A DNA stretch of 64,000 bases from the human T2T-CHM13v2.0 reference genome, Homo sapiens. The stretch is taken from NCBI RefSeq assembly GCF_009914755.1, contig NC_060948.1. The stretch is one strand, 5' to 3'. The notes beneath the pieces were generated by a model. It was given only the letters and a program-made list of their open reading frames with translations, was not told the origin of the DNA and did no database searches. Numbering within the stretch: the first letter of the stretch is position 1; the number at the start of each line of letters is the position of its first letter. This document shows positions 1-19,149 of the stretch, in pieces. A program made the translations under genes and the position numbers.

Positions 1-902
1 GAATGGAGTGTTATGGAACGGACTCAAAAGGAATTGAATGTAATAGAATGGAGTGGAGTGGACTCGAATATAATGGACTGGAATGGAATGAAATCACATG
101 GAATGGGAACGAATGGAATGGAATGGAAAGGAATGGAATCGAATGGAAAGGAATCGAATGGAAGGGAATGAAATTGAATCAACAGGAATGGAAGGGAATA
201 GAATAGACGGTAATGGAATGGACTCGAATAGAATGGACACGAATGCTCAAATTGAATGGACTCGAATGGAATGGAAACGAAAGGAATGTCATCGAATGGA
301 ATTGAATCGATTGGAATGAAATCGCATAGAATGGAGTGGAATCAAATGGAATTGAATCGAAAGGAAAGGAAGCGAATGGACTGAAATGAAATGGAATGGA
401 ATTGAATGGAAAGTAATGCAATGGAATAGAATGGAACGAAATTTCACGGAATGGAATCAAACTGAATGGAATCAAATCAATGGAATCCAATCAAATGGAA
501 TGGAGTAGATTGGATTGGATGGGATTGGAATGAAATGTACTGGAAAGGACTCGAATTTCATGAAACGGAATGGAATGAATTGGAACGGAATGGACTCGAA
601 TGGAATGGAATGTCATAGAATGGCATCAAATGGAATGGCATCAAATGGAATGGAATCGAATGCAATGGAATGCTATGGAATGGAATGGAATGCATTGGAA
701 TGGAATGTCCTCTAATGGAATGGATTCGAGTGGAATGGAATCGAATATAATGGAGTCGAATGAAATGGAATTGAAAGGAATGGGATCGAATACAATGGAA
801 TATACTGGAATGTAATGTAATGAACTCGAATGTAATTGACTGGAATGGAATGTACATGAATGGAATGTAATCGAATGGAAAGTAATCCAATGGAATAGAA
901 TC
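1..902 (+). repeat. DYZ1: Human satellite 3 (GGAAT/CATTC)n, DYZ1-type (HSat3), degenerate end of block
   Basis: Seen: tandem GGAAT pentamers with typical variants (ggactcgaat, gaatcgaat, gaatca) up to 'tggaatagaatc' at 891-902. The DYZ1 assignment is inferred from direct adjacency to a DYZ2 array, the established Yq12 arrangement. Confidence 0.92.
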
Positions 903-1559
903 ATATATGATATATAATATATGTATAATATTGTTTTACATCCTGCATCTTATGTTATATATATTGTATAAAATATAATAATTGATTATATATACTTTTA
1001 TAACATAATTTACATAAAATATCATAATATAATATATATTATATTATTTCATATTACATAATATATATTACATATCACCCAATATAAGTAACATACATAA
1101 TATTATAATATAGATTATATTATGTTATATTAAATATCATATATATTATGTATCATATATTCTATAATATATATTATACATTATATAATATGTATGTTGT
1201 CTATTATGTGATATATATAACTATACATATAATTATATTATTATACGTATAACTAGATAAACATGTAATTCTACATATTTTCATTTATAATATATAGAAT
1301 GATATAATCATATATAATTATGTATATTCTATAAAAAATTATATCATTATATAAATTATAATATATAAAAATTATAATATGTACTACAAATATATATATT
1401 ATATATCATATATGATATAGTACCTTTGTTATATATCATAATACATATAAATGTGTATTATGTTATCTATAATTATATAATTTCATATATAAGATGTATA
1501 ATATGTGTCATATATTATATATGTTATGTAATATATATAGTATATATAAGATGACACAG

Positions 1560-1569
1560 GATAAATATT
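1560..1569 (+). other. Target-site duplication, left copy (gataaatatt)
   Basis: Seen: identical 10-mer at 1847-1856. Uninterrupted units have a single 'acaggataaatattatatac'. Confidence 0.88.
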
Positions 1570-1892
<323 letters not shown>

Positions 1893-1939
1893 TTACATAT
1901 AAGGCATAGCACATAACATGTAATATATATCATATATAA

Positions 1940-2230
<291 letters not shown>

Positions 2231-2800
2231 AGATCCACATTTTTTAAATGAAAAAAAATTTCAAAGGTACTCTGCTTGGTACAATAATCAAATGTATAAA
2301 CTGAGGAATAAAACATAACCATGAAACCTACTTATAACTGCATATGGAAAATACAGAGGATAATTTTTTAAATAACATATTTTGAAAGCCTTAACTAGTA
2401 ATTTGAAGAGTTGGCATTTGAAAGGCCAGTATGAATATACCTTCAAAGCAGCAACACAGGTTCCCCATGAGGAAAAGCAAACTCAGGGAAAATAAAACCA
2501 CAAAGGTTCAATCTCTTCTGACCTTTGAAAGACACAGCACAGACAGTGGTCCTTAGGACGAAGAGCAGGAGACCCCTAATTCCGTCACCATGGCGATAGG
2601 GCATAAACATTGCTGGGTGAGGGCACAATCCACATTGTGAGGTCCAACTGCTGCCAGGAAGACAGGTGTGCTTTTACATAGACCGAAAGGTCATTGAAGG
2701 CTCAGAGTTTTGTTTCAAGAACTGAATCCCAAGCCCACACGTTATTAGGCTGCGCTTCTTAAAACATGTTATGAGATGGGAAAAAGGGCACCCACAAACA
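2231..2800. repeat. HSATI-like subunit of DYZ2 (representative, unit 1; repeated in all 26 units)
   Basis: Seen: ~570-bp complex segment between the Alu and the AT-rich tract. The name comes from the established DYZ2 composition (Alu + HSATI + AT-rich simple repeat). Boundaries are approximate. Confidence 0.75.
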
Positions 2801-4642
<1,842 letters not shown>

Positions 4643-6769
4643 AGATCCATATTTTGTAAATGAAAAAAAATTTCAAAGGTACTCTGCTTGGTACAATAAT
4701 CAAATGTATAAACTGAGGAATAAAACATAACCATGAAACCTACTTATAACTGCATATGGAAAATACAGAGGATAATTTTTTAAATAACATATTTTGAAAG
4801 CCTTAACTAGTAATTTGAAGAGTTGGCATTTGAAAGGCCAGTATGAATATACCTTCAAAGCAGCAACACAGGTTCCCCATGAGAAAAAGCAAACTCAGGG
4901 AAAATAAAACCACAAAGGTTCAATCTCTTCTGACCTTTGAAAGACACAGCACAGACAGTGGTCCTTAGGACGAAGAGCAGGAGACCCCTAATTCCGTCAC
5001 CATGGCGATAGGGCATAAACATTGCTGGGTGAGGGCACAATCCACATTGTGAGGTCCAACTGCTGCCAGGAAGACAGGAGTGCTTTTACATAGACCGAAA
5101 GGTCATTGAAGGCTCAGAGTTTTGTTTCAAGAACTGAATCCCAAGCCCACACTTTATTAGGCTGCGCTTCTTAAAACAAGTTATGAGATGGGAAAAAGGG
5201 CACCCACAAACATACGTATACATTATGTATATAATAATATACAGTATCATATATATAATATATATAACCTATGTATAATATTGTTTTACATCCTGCATCT
5301 TATATTATATATATTGTATAAAATATAATAATTGATAATATATAAGTTTTATATTTATACAATATGACATATAGTATATATTATAATTTATGACATATAT
5401 AATATATGTTATATATCATATATAGAATATATTACACGGTTAATATACGTATTAAATACAAATTATACATTATATATATTATATATAATATATCTGCTAT
5501 ATATAATACCCATTATGCATAATATATATATTATGTCTATGTTATATATAGTATAAAACAACATATAATAATATATAATTGTATATATAAAATGCGACAT
5601 ATAATATATATTATATTTTATGACATATGTAATATATATTATATATTATATATAATACGTTGTATGTATAATACCTATATTAAATATATATTATATGACT
5701 ATGTTATTAATTACATGTCACATGTGTTATATATTATTTATTTTACACAGAATATACCGGTTACATACAATATATACTATGTTACCTACAATGTATAATT
5801 TATTACATGTAAAATAAAGAATGCAATATATTATGTATAATTTATAATATACAATATGTGGAATGTGATATATATAACATATAATATATGATATATGATA
5901 TACAGTATATGATATATAACATACAATATATGATACCTAATATATATGGTATACAATATATATTTTATGATATGTATTCTCTATGTTTTATATTCTGTTA
6001 TATATAACTATTTGAAATTATATATAACTGTATAATATTTTATGTAAATATGTAATATAATATATATAAAAATATAATATATTATATATAACTATATATT
6101 ATGTTATATATACTTTTATAACATTATTTACATAAAATATCATAATATAATATATATTATATTATTTCATATTACATAATATATATTACATATCACCCAA
6201 TATAAGTAACATACATAATATTATAATATAGATTATATTATGTTATATTAAATATCATATATATCATGTATCATATATTCGATAATATATATTATACATT
6301 ATATAATATGTATGTTGTCTATTATGTGATACATATAACTATATATATAATTATATTATTATACATATAACTAGATAAACATGAAATTCTACATATTTTC
6401 ATTTATAATATATAGAATTATATAATCATATATAATTATTTATATTCTATAAAAATTATATCATTATATAAATTATAATATATAAAAATTATAATATGTA
6501 CTACAAATATATATAGTATATATCATATATGATATGGTACCTTTGTTATATATCATAATACATATAAATGTGTATTATGTTATCTATAATTATATAATTT
6601 CATATATAAGATGTATAATATGTATCATATATTATATATGTTATGTAATATATATAGTATATATAAGATGACACAGGATAAATATTATATACTATGACAT
6701 ATAAAATATATGAGGTTATATGTTACATATAAGGCATAGCACATAACATGTAATATATATCATATATAA

Positions 6770-7061
6770 TTTTTTTTTAGACAGAGTCTTGTCCTGTTGC
6801 ACAGGGTGGAGTACAATGGCGCCATCTTTGCTCAATGCAACATCTGCCTCACGGGTCCAAGCGATTGTCTTCCCTCAGCCTCCCAGGTAGCTGGGACTAC
6901 ACCACACTGGGACTACACCAGCTGCCACCATGCCTAGCAAATTTTTTGGATATTTAGTAGTGACAGCGTTTCACTGTATTGGAGAGGATGTTCTTGATCT
7001 CTTCACCTTGTGATCCCCTTGCCTTGGCCTCCAAATTTGCTGGGATTACAGGCCTGAGCCA
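6770..7061 (-). mobile_element. Embedded Alu, DYZ2 unit 3
   Basis: Same motifs as 1940-2230. Confidence 0.9.
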
Positions 7062-9188
7062 AGATCCATATTTTTTAAATGAAAAAAAATTTCAAAAGTA
7101 CTCTGCTTGGTACAATAATCAAATGTATAAACTGAGGAATAAAACATAACCATGAAACCTACTTATAACTGCATATGGAAAATACAGAGGATAATTTTTT
7201 AAATAACATATTTTGAAAGCCTTAACTAGTAATTTGAAGAGTTGGCATTTGAAAGGCCAGTATGAATATACCTTCAAAGCAGCAACACAGGTTCCCCATG
7301 AGAAAAAGCAAACTCAGGGAAAATAAAACCACAAAGGTTCAATCTCTTCTGACCTTTGAAAGACACAGCACAGACAGTGGTCCTTAGGACGAAGAGCAGG
7401 AGACCCCTAATTCCGTCACCATGGCGATAGGGCATAAACATTGCTGGGTGAGGGCACAATCCACATTGTGAGGTCCAACTGCTGCCAGGAAGACAGGAGT
7501 GCTTTTACATAGACCGAAAGGTCATTGAAGGCTCAGAGTTTTGTTTCAAGAACTGAATCCCAAGCCCACACGTTATTAGGCTGCGCTTCTTAAAACAAGT
7601 GATGAGATGGGAAAAAGGGCACCCACAAACATACGTATACATTATGTATATAATAATATACAGTATCATATATATAATATATATAACCTATGTATAATAT
7701 TGTTTTACATCCTGCATCTTATATTATATATATTGTATAAAATATAATAATTGATAATATATAAGTTTTATATTTATACAATATGACATATAGTATATAT
7801 TATAATTTATGACATATATAATATATGTTATATATCATATATAGAATATATTACACGGTTAATATACGTATTAAATACAAATTATACATTATATATATTA
7901 TATATAATATATCTGCTATATATAATACCCATTATGCATAATATATATATTATGTCTATGTTATATATAGTATAAAACAACATATAATAATATATAATTG
8001 TATATATAAAATGCGACATATAATATATATTATATTTTATGACATATGTAATATATATTATATATTATATATAATACGTTGTATGTATAATACCTATATT
8101 AAATATATATTATATGACTATGTTATTAATTATATGTCACATGTGTTATATATTATTTATTTTACACAGAATATACCGGTTACATACAACATATACTATG
8201 TTACCTACAATGTATAATTTATTACATGTAAAATAAAGAATGCAATATATTATGTATAATTTATAATATACAATATGTGGAATGTGATATATATAACATA
8301 TAATATATGATATATGATATACAGTATATGATATATAACATACAATATATGATACCTAATATATATGGTATACAATATATATTTTATGATATGTATTCTC
8401 TATGTTTTATATTCTGTTATATATAACTATTTGAAATTATATATAACTGTATAATATTTTATGTAAATATGTAATATAATATATATAAAAATATAATATA
8501 TTATATATAACTATATATTATGTTATATATACTTTTATAACATTATTTACATAAAATATCATAATATAATATATATTATATTATTTCATATTACATAATA
8601 TATATTACATATCACCCAATATAAGTAACATACATAATATTATAATATAGATTATATTATGCTATATTAAATATCATATATATCATGTATCATATATTCG
8701 ATAATATATATTATACATTATATAATATGTATGTTGTCTATTATGTGATACATATAACTATATATATAATTATATTATTATACATATAACTAGATAAACA
8801 TGAAATTCTACATATTTTCATTTATAATATATAGAATTATATAATCATATATAATTATTTATATTCTATAAAAATTATATCATTATATAAATTATAATAT
8901 ATAAAAATTATAATATGTACTACAAATATATATAGTATATATCATATATGATATAGTACCTTTGTTATATATCATAATACATATAAATGTGTATTATGTT
9001 ATCTATAATTATATAATTTCATATATAAGATGTATAATATGTATTATATATTATATATGTTATGTAATATATATAGTATATATAAGATGACACAGGATAA
9101 ATATTATATACTATGACATATAAAATATATGAGGTTATATGTTACATATAAGGCATAGCACATAACATGTAATATATATCATATATAA

Positions 9189-9480
9189 TTTTTTTTTAGA
9201 CAGAGTCTTGTCCTGTTGCACAGGGTGGAGTACAATGGCGCCATCTTTGCTCAATGCAACATCTGCCTCACGGGTCCAAGCGATTGTCTTCCCTCAGCCT
9301 CCCAGGTAGCTGGGACTACACCACACTGGGACTACACCAGCTGCCACCATGCCTAGCTAATTTTTTGGATTTTTAGTAGTGACAGCGTTTCACTGTATTG
9401 GAGAGGATGTTCTTGATCTCTTCACCTTGTGATCCCCTTGCCTTGGCCTCCAAATTTGCTGGGATTACAGGCCTGAGCCA
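9189..9480 (-). mobile_element. Embedded Alu, DYZ2 unit 4
   Basis: Same motifs as 1940-2230. Confidence 0.9.
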
Positions 9481-11606
9481 AGATCCATATTTTTTAAATG
9501 AAAAAAAATTTCAAAAGTACTCTGCTTGGTACAATAATCAAATGTATAAACTGAGGAATAAAACATAACCATGAAACCTACTTATAACTGCATATGGAAA
9601 ATACAGAGGATAATTTTTTAAATAACATATTTTGAAAGCCTTAACTAGTAATTTGAAGAGTTGGCATTTGAAAGGCCAGTATGAATATACCTTCAAAGCA
9701 GCAACACAGGTTCCCCATGAGAAAAAGCAAACTCAGGGAAAATAAAACCACAAAGGTTCAATCTCTTCTGACCTTTGAAAGACACAGCACAGACAGTGGT
9801 CCTTAGGACGAAGAGCAGGAGACCCCTAATTCCGTCACCATGGCGATAGGGCATAAACATTGCTGGGTGAGGGCACAATCCACATTGTGAGGTCCAACTG
9901 CTGCCAGGAAGACAGGAGTGCTTTTACATAGACCGAAAGGTCATTGAAGGCTCAGGGTTTGTTTCAAGAACTGAATCCCAAGCCCACACGTTATTAGGCT
10001 GCGCTTCTTAAAACAAGTGATGAGATGGGAAAAAGGGCACCCACAAACATACGTATACATTATGTATATAATAATATACAGTATCATATATATAATATAT
10101 ATAACCTATGTATAATATTGTTTTACATCCTGCATCTTATATTATATATATTGTATAAAATATAATAATTGATAATATATAAGTTTTATATTTATACAAT
10201 ATGACATATAGTATATATTATAATTTATGACATATATAATATATGTTATATATCATATATAGAATATATTACACGGTTAATATACGTATTAAATACAAAT
10301 TATACATTATATATATTATATATAATATATCTGCTATATATAATACCCATTATGCATAATATATATATTATGTCTATGTTATATATAGTATAAAACAACA
10401 TATAATAATATATAATTGTATATATAAAATGCGACATATAATATATATTATATTTTATGACATATGTAATATATATTATATATTATATATAATACGTTGT
10501 ATGTATAATACCTATATTAAATATATATTATATGACTATGTTATTAATTACATGTCACATGTGTTATATATTATTTATTTTACACAGAATATACCGGTTA
10601 CATACAATATATACTATGTTAACTACAATGTATAATTTATTACATGTAAAATAAAGAATGCAATATATTATGTATAATTTATAATATACAATATGTGGAA
10701 TGTGATATATATAACATATAATATATGATATATGATATACAGTATATGATATATAACATACAATATATGATACCTAATATATATGGTATACAATATATAT
10801 TTTATGATATGTATTCTCTATGTTTTATATTCTGTTATATATAACTATTTGAAATTATATATAACTGTATAATATTTTATGTAAATATGTAATATAATAT
10901 ATATAAAAATATAATATATTATATATAACTATATATTCTGTTATATATACTTTTATAACATTATTTACATAAAATATCATAATATAATATATATTATATT
11001 ATTTCATATTACATAATATATATTACATATCACCCAATATAAGTAACATACATAATATTATAATATAGATTATATTATGCTATATTAAATATCATATATA
11101 TCATGTATCATATATTCGATAATATATATTATACATTATATAATATGTATGTTGTCTATTATGTGATACATATAACTATATATATAATTATATTATTATA
11201 CATATAACTAGATAAACATGAAATTCTACATATTTTCATTTATAATATATAGAATTATATAATCATATATAATTATTTATATTCTATAAAAATTATATCA
11301 TTATATAAATTATAATATATAAAAATTATAATATGTACTACAAATATATATAGTATATATCATATATGATATAGTACCTTTGTTATATATCATAATACAT
11401 ATAAATGTGTATTATGTTATCTATAATTATATAATTTCATATATAAGATGTATAATATGTATTATATATTATATATGTTATGTAATATATATAGTATATA
11501 TAAGATGACACAGGATAAATATTATATACTATGACATATAAAATATATGAGGTTATATGTTACATATAAGGCATAGCACATAACATGTAATATATATCAT
11601 ATATAA

Positions 11607-11898
11607 TTTTTTTTTAGACAGAGTCTTGTCCTGTTGCACAGGGTGGAGTACAATGGCGCCATCTTTGCTCAATGCAACATCTGCCTCACGGGTCCAAGCG
11701 ATTGTCTTCCCTCAGCCTCCCAGGTAGCTGGGACTACACCACACTGGGACTACACCAGCTGCCACCATGCCTAGCTAATTTTTTGGATTTTTAGTAGTGA
11801 CAGCGTTTCACTGTATTGGAGAGGATGTTCTTGATCTCTTCACCTTGTGATCCCCTTGCCTTGGCCTCCAAATTTGCTGGGATTACAGGCCTGAGCCA
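11607..11898 (-). mobile_element. Embedded Alu, DYZ2 unit 5
   Basis: Same motifs as 1940-2230. Confidence 0.9.
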
Positions 11899-13994
11899 AG
11901 ATCCATATTTTTTAAATGAAAAAAAATTTCAAAAGTACTCTGCTTGGTACAATAATCAAATGTATAAACTGAGGAATAAAACATAACCATGAAACCTACT
12001 TATAACTGCATATGGAAAATACAGAGGATAATTTTTTAAATAACATATTTTGAAAGCCTTAACTAGTAATTTGAAGAGTTGGCATTTGAAAGGCCAGTAT
12101 GAATATACCTTCAAAGCAGCAACACAGGTTCCCCATGAGAAAAAGCAAACTCAGGGAAAATAAAACCACAAAGGTTCAATCTCTTCTGACCTTTGAAAGA
12201 CACAGCACAGACAGTGGTCCTTAGGACGAAGAGCAGGAGACCCCTAATTCCGTCACCATGGCGATAGGGCATAAACATTGCTGGGTGAGGGCACAATCCA
12301 CATTGTGAGGTCCAACTGCTGCCAGGAAGACAGGAGTGCTTTTACATAGACCGAAAGGTCATTGAAGGCTCAGAGTTTTGTTTCAAGAACTGAATCCCAA
12401 GCCCACACGTTATTAGGCTGCGCTTCTTAAAACAAGTGATGAGATGGGAAAAAGGGCACCCACAAACATACGTATACATTATGTATATAATAATATACAG
12501 TATCATATATATAATATATATAACCTATGTATAATATTGTTTTACATCCTGCATCTTATATTATATATATTGTATAAAATATAATAATTGATAATATATA
12601 AGTTTTATATTTATACAATATGACATATAGTATATATTATAATTTATGACATATATAATATATGTTATATATCATATATAGAATATATTATACGGTTAAT
12701 ATACGTATTAAATATAAATTATACATTATATATATTATATATAATATATCTGCTATATATAATACCCATTATGCATAATATATATATTATGTCTATGTTA
12801 TATATAGTATAAACCAACATATAATAATATATAATTGTATATATAAAATGCGACATATAATATATATTATATTTTATGACATATGTAATATATATTATAT
12901 GTTATATATAATGCGTTGTATGTATAATACCTATATTAAATATATATTATATGACTATGTTATTAATTACATGTCACATATGTTATATATTATATATTTT
13001 ACATAGAATATACCGGTTACATACAATATATACTATGTTACTTATAATGTATAATTTATTACATGTAAAATAAAGAATGCAATATATTATGTATAATTTA
13101 TAATATACAATATGTGGAATGTGATATATATAACATATAATATATGATATACAGTATATGATATATAACATACAATATATGATACCTAATATATATGGTA
13201 TACAATATATATTTTATGATATGTATTCTATATGTTTTATATTCTGTTATATATAACTATTTGAAATTTTACATAACTGTATAATATTTTAGGTAAATAT
13301 GTATTATAATATATATAACTATATAATATATTATATATAACTCTGTGTTATGTTATATATACTTTTATAACATAATTTACATAAAATATCATAATATAAT
13401 ATATATTATATTATTTCATATTACATAATATATATTACATATCACCCAATATAAGTAACATGCAAAATATTATCATATAGATTATAATATGTTATATTAA
13501 ATATCATATATATCATGTATCATATATTCTATAATATATATTCTACATTATATAATATGTATGTTGTCTATTATGTGATATATATAACTATATATATAAT
13601 TATATTATTATACATATAACTAGATAAACATGTAATTCTACATATTTTCATTTATAATATATAGAATTATATAAACATATATAATTATTTATATTCTATA
13701 AAAAATTATATCATTATATAAATTATAATATATAAAAATTACAATATGTACTACAAATATATATATTATATATCATATATGATATAGTACCTTTGTTATA
13801 TATCATAATACATATAAATGTGTATTATGTCATCTGTAATTATATAATTTCATATATAAGATGTATAATAAGTATTATATATTATATATGTTATGTAATA
13901 TATATAGTATATATAAGATGACACAGGATAAATATTATATACTATGAAATAAAATATATGAGGTTATATGTTACATATAAGGCATAGCACATAA

Positions 13995-14309
<315 letters not shown>

Positions 14310-16414
14310 AGATCCATATTTTTTAAATGAAAAAAAATTTCAAAGGTACTCTGCTTGGTACAATAATCAAATGTATAAACTGAGGAATAAAACATAACCA
14401 TGAAACCTACTTATAACTGCATATGGAAAATACAGAGGATAATTTTTTAAATAACATATTTTGAAAGCCTTAACTAGTAATTTGAAGAGCTGGCATTTGA
14501 AAGGCCAGTATGAATATACCTTCAAAGCAGCAACACAGGTTCCCCATGAGAAAAAGCAAACACAGGGAAAATAAAAACACAAAGGTTCAATCTCTTCTGA
14601 CCTTTGAAAGACACAGCACAGACAGTGGTCCTTAGGACGAAGCGCAGGAGACCCCTAATTCCGTCACCATGGCGATAGGGCATAAACATTGCTGGGTGAG
14701 GGCACAATCCACATTGTGAGGTCCAACTGCTGCCAGGAAGACAGGAGTGCCTTTACATATACCGAAAGGTCATTGAAGGCTCAGAGTTTTGTTTCAAGAA
14801 CTGAATCCCAAGCCCACACGTTATTAGGCTGCGCTTCTTAAAACAAGTTATGAGATGGGAAAAAGGGCACCCACAAACATACGTATACATTATGTATATA
14901 ATAATATACAGTATCATATATATAATATATATAACCTATGTATAATATTGTTTTACATCCTGCATCTTATGTTATATATATTGTATAAAATATAATAATT
15001 GATAATATATAAGTTTTATAATTATACAATATGACATATAGTATATATTATAATTTATGAGATATATAATATATGTTATATGTCATATATAGAATATATT
15101 ATACGGTTAATATACGTATTAAATATAAATTATACATTATATATATTATATATAATATATCTGTTATATATAATACCCATTATGCATAATATATATATTA
15201 TGTCTATGTTATATATAGTATAAAACAACATATAATAATATATAATTGTATATATAAAATGCGACATATAATATATATTATATTTTATAACATATGTAAT
15301 ATATATTATATATTATATATAATACGTTGTATGTATAATACCTATATTAAATATATATTATATGACTATGTTATTAATTACACGTCACATGTGTTATATA
15401 TTATATATTTTACATAGAATATACCGGTTACATACAATATATACTATGTTACCTATAATGTATAATTTATTACATGTAAAATAAAGAATGCAATATATTA
15501 TGCAAAATTTATAATATACCATATGTGAAATGTGATATATATAACATATAATATATGATATAAGATATACAGTGTATGATATATAACATACAATATATGA
15601 TTCCTAATATATATGGTATACAATATATATTTTATGATATGTATTCTATATGTTTTATATTCTGTTATATATAACTATTTGAAATTATATATAACTGTAT
15701 AATATTTTATGTAAATATGTAATATAATATATATAACTATATAATATATTTTATATAACTATATATTATGTTATATATACTTTTATAACATAATTTACAT
15801 AAAATATCATAATATAATATATGTTATATTATTTCATATTACATAATATATATTACATATCACCCAATATAACTAACATACATAATATTATAATATAGAT
15901 TATATTATGTTATATTAAATATCATATATATCATGTATCATATATTCTATAATATATATTACACATTATATAATATGTATGTTGTCTATTATGTGATATA
16001 TATAACAATATATATAATTATATTTTTATACATATAACTAGATAAACACGTAATTCTACAAATTTTCATTTATAATATGTAGAATTATATAATCATATAT
16101 AATTATTTATATTCTTTAAAAAATTTTATCATTATATAAATTATAATATATAAAAATTATAATATGTACTACAAATATATATATTATATATCATATATGA
16201 TATAGTACCTTTGTTATATATCATAATACATATAAATGTGTATTATGTTATCTATAATTATATAATTTCATATATAAGATGTATAATATGTATCATATAT
16301 TATATATGTTATGTAATATATATAGTATATATAAGATGACACAGGATAAATATTATGTACTATGACATATAAAATATATCAGGTTATATGTTACATATAA
16401 GTCATAGCACATAA

Positions 16415-16729
<315 letters not shown>

Positions 16730-18857
16730 AGATCCATATTTTTTAAATGAAAAAAAATTTCAAAGGTACTCTGCTTGGTACAATAATCAAATGTATAAAC
16801 TGAGGAATAAAACATAACCATGAAACCTACTTATAACTGCATATGGAAAATACAGAGGATAATTTTTTAAATAACATATTTTGAAAGCCTTAACTAGTAA
16901 TTTGAAGAGTTGGCATTTGAAAGGCCAGTATGAATATACCTTCAAAGCAGCAACACAGGTTCCCCATGAGAAAAAGCAAACACAGGGAAAATAAAAACAC
17001 AAAGGTTCAATCTCTTCTGACCTTTGAAAGACACAGCACAGACAGTGGTCCTTAGGACGAAGAGCAGGAGACCCCTAATTCCGTCACCATGGCGATAGGG
17101 CATAAACATTGCTGGGTGAGGGCACAATCCACATTGTGAGGTCCAACTGCTGCCAGGAAGACAGGAGTGCTTTTACATAGACCGAAAGGTCATTGAAGGC
17201 TCAGAGTTTTGTTTCAAGAACTGAATCCCAAGCCCACACGTTATTAGGCTGCGCTTCTTAAAACAAGTTATGAGATGGGAAAAAGGGCACCCACAAACAT
17301 ACGTATACATTATGTATATAATAATATACAGTGTCATATATATAATATATATAACCTATGTATAACATTGTTTTACATCCTGCATCTTATGTTATATATA
17401 TTGTATAAAATATAATAATTGATAATATATAAGTTTTATAATTATACAATATGACATATAGTATATATTATAATTTATGACATATATAATATATGTTATA
17501 TGTCATATATAGAATATATTATACGGTTAATATACGTATTAAATATAAATTATACATTATATATATTATATATAATATATCTGTTATATATAATAACCAT
17601 TATGCATAATATATATATTATGTCTATGTTATATATAGTATAAAACAACATATAATAATATATAATTGTATATATAAAATGCGACATATAATATATATTA
17701 TATTTTATAACATATGTAATATATATTTTATATTATATATAATACGTTGTATGTATAATACCTATATTAAATATATATTATATGACTATGTTATTAATTA
17801 CATGTCACATGTGTTATATATTATATATTTTACATAGAATATACCGGTTGCATACAATATATACTATGTTACCTATAATGTATAATTTATTACATGTAAA
17901 ATAAAGAATGCAATATATTATGTATAATTTATAATATACCGTATGTGGAATGTGATATATATAACATATAATATATGATATATGATATACAGTATATGAT
18001 ATATAACATACGATATATGATTCCTAATATATATGGTATACAATATATATTTTATGATATGTATTCTATGTGTTTTATATTCTGTTATATATAACTATTT
18101 GAAATTATATATAACTGTATAATATTTTATGTAAATATGTAATATAATATATATAACTATATAATATATTTTATATAACTATATATTATGTTATATATAC
18201 TTTTATAACATAATTTACATAAAATATCATAATATAATATATTTTATATTATTTCATATTACATAATATATATTACATATCACCCAATATAACTAACATA
18301 CATAATATTATAATATAGATTATATTGTGTTATATTAAATATCATATATATCATGTATCATATATTCTATAATATATATTACACATTATATAATATGTAT
18401 GTTTTCTATTATGTGATATATATAACTATATATATAATTATATTTTTATACATATAACTAGTTAAACATGTAATTCTACATATTTTCATTTATAATATGT
18501 AGAATTATATAATCATATATAATTATTTATATTCTATAAAAAATTTTATCATTATATAAATTATAATATATAAAAATTATAATATGTACTACAAATATAT
18601 ATATTATATATCATATATGATATAGTACCTTTGTTATATTTCATAATACATATAAATGTGTATTATGTTATCTATAATTATATAATTTCATATATAAGAT
18701 GTATAATATGTATCTTATGTTATATATGTTATGTAATATATATAGTATATATAAGATGACACAGGATAAATATTATATACTATGACTTATAAAATATATG
18801 AGGTTATATGTTACATATAAGGCATAGCACATAACATGTAATATATATCATATATAA

Positions 18858-19149
18858 TTTTTTTTTAGACAGAATCTTGTCCTGTTGCACAGGGTGGGGT
18901 ACAATGGCGCCATCTTTGCTCACTGCAACTTCTGCCTCAGGGGTCCAAGCGATTGTCCTCCCTCAGCCTCCCAGGTAGCTGGGACTACACCACACTGGGA
19001 CTACACCAGCTGCCACCATGCCTAGCTAATTTTTTGGATTTTTAGTAGTGACAGCGTTTCACTGTATTGGCCAGGATGGTCTTGATCTCTTCACCTTGTG
19101 ATCCCCTTGCCTTGGCCTCCAAATTTGCTGGGATTACAGGCCTGAGCCA
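18858..19149 (-). mobile_element. Embedded Alu, DYZ2 unit 8
   Basis: Same motifs as 1940-2230. Confidence 0.9.

Noticed and set aside
3-904. Overlapping ORFs rich in MEWN / FHSIP
   Set aside because: These are translations of the GGAAT/ATTCC pentamer and have no gene structure.
5592-10635. 68-aa Ile/Tyr-rich ORFs
   Set aside because: Low-complexity AT-rich translation, useful only as a marker of the triplicated units.
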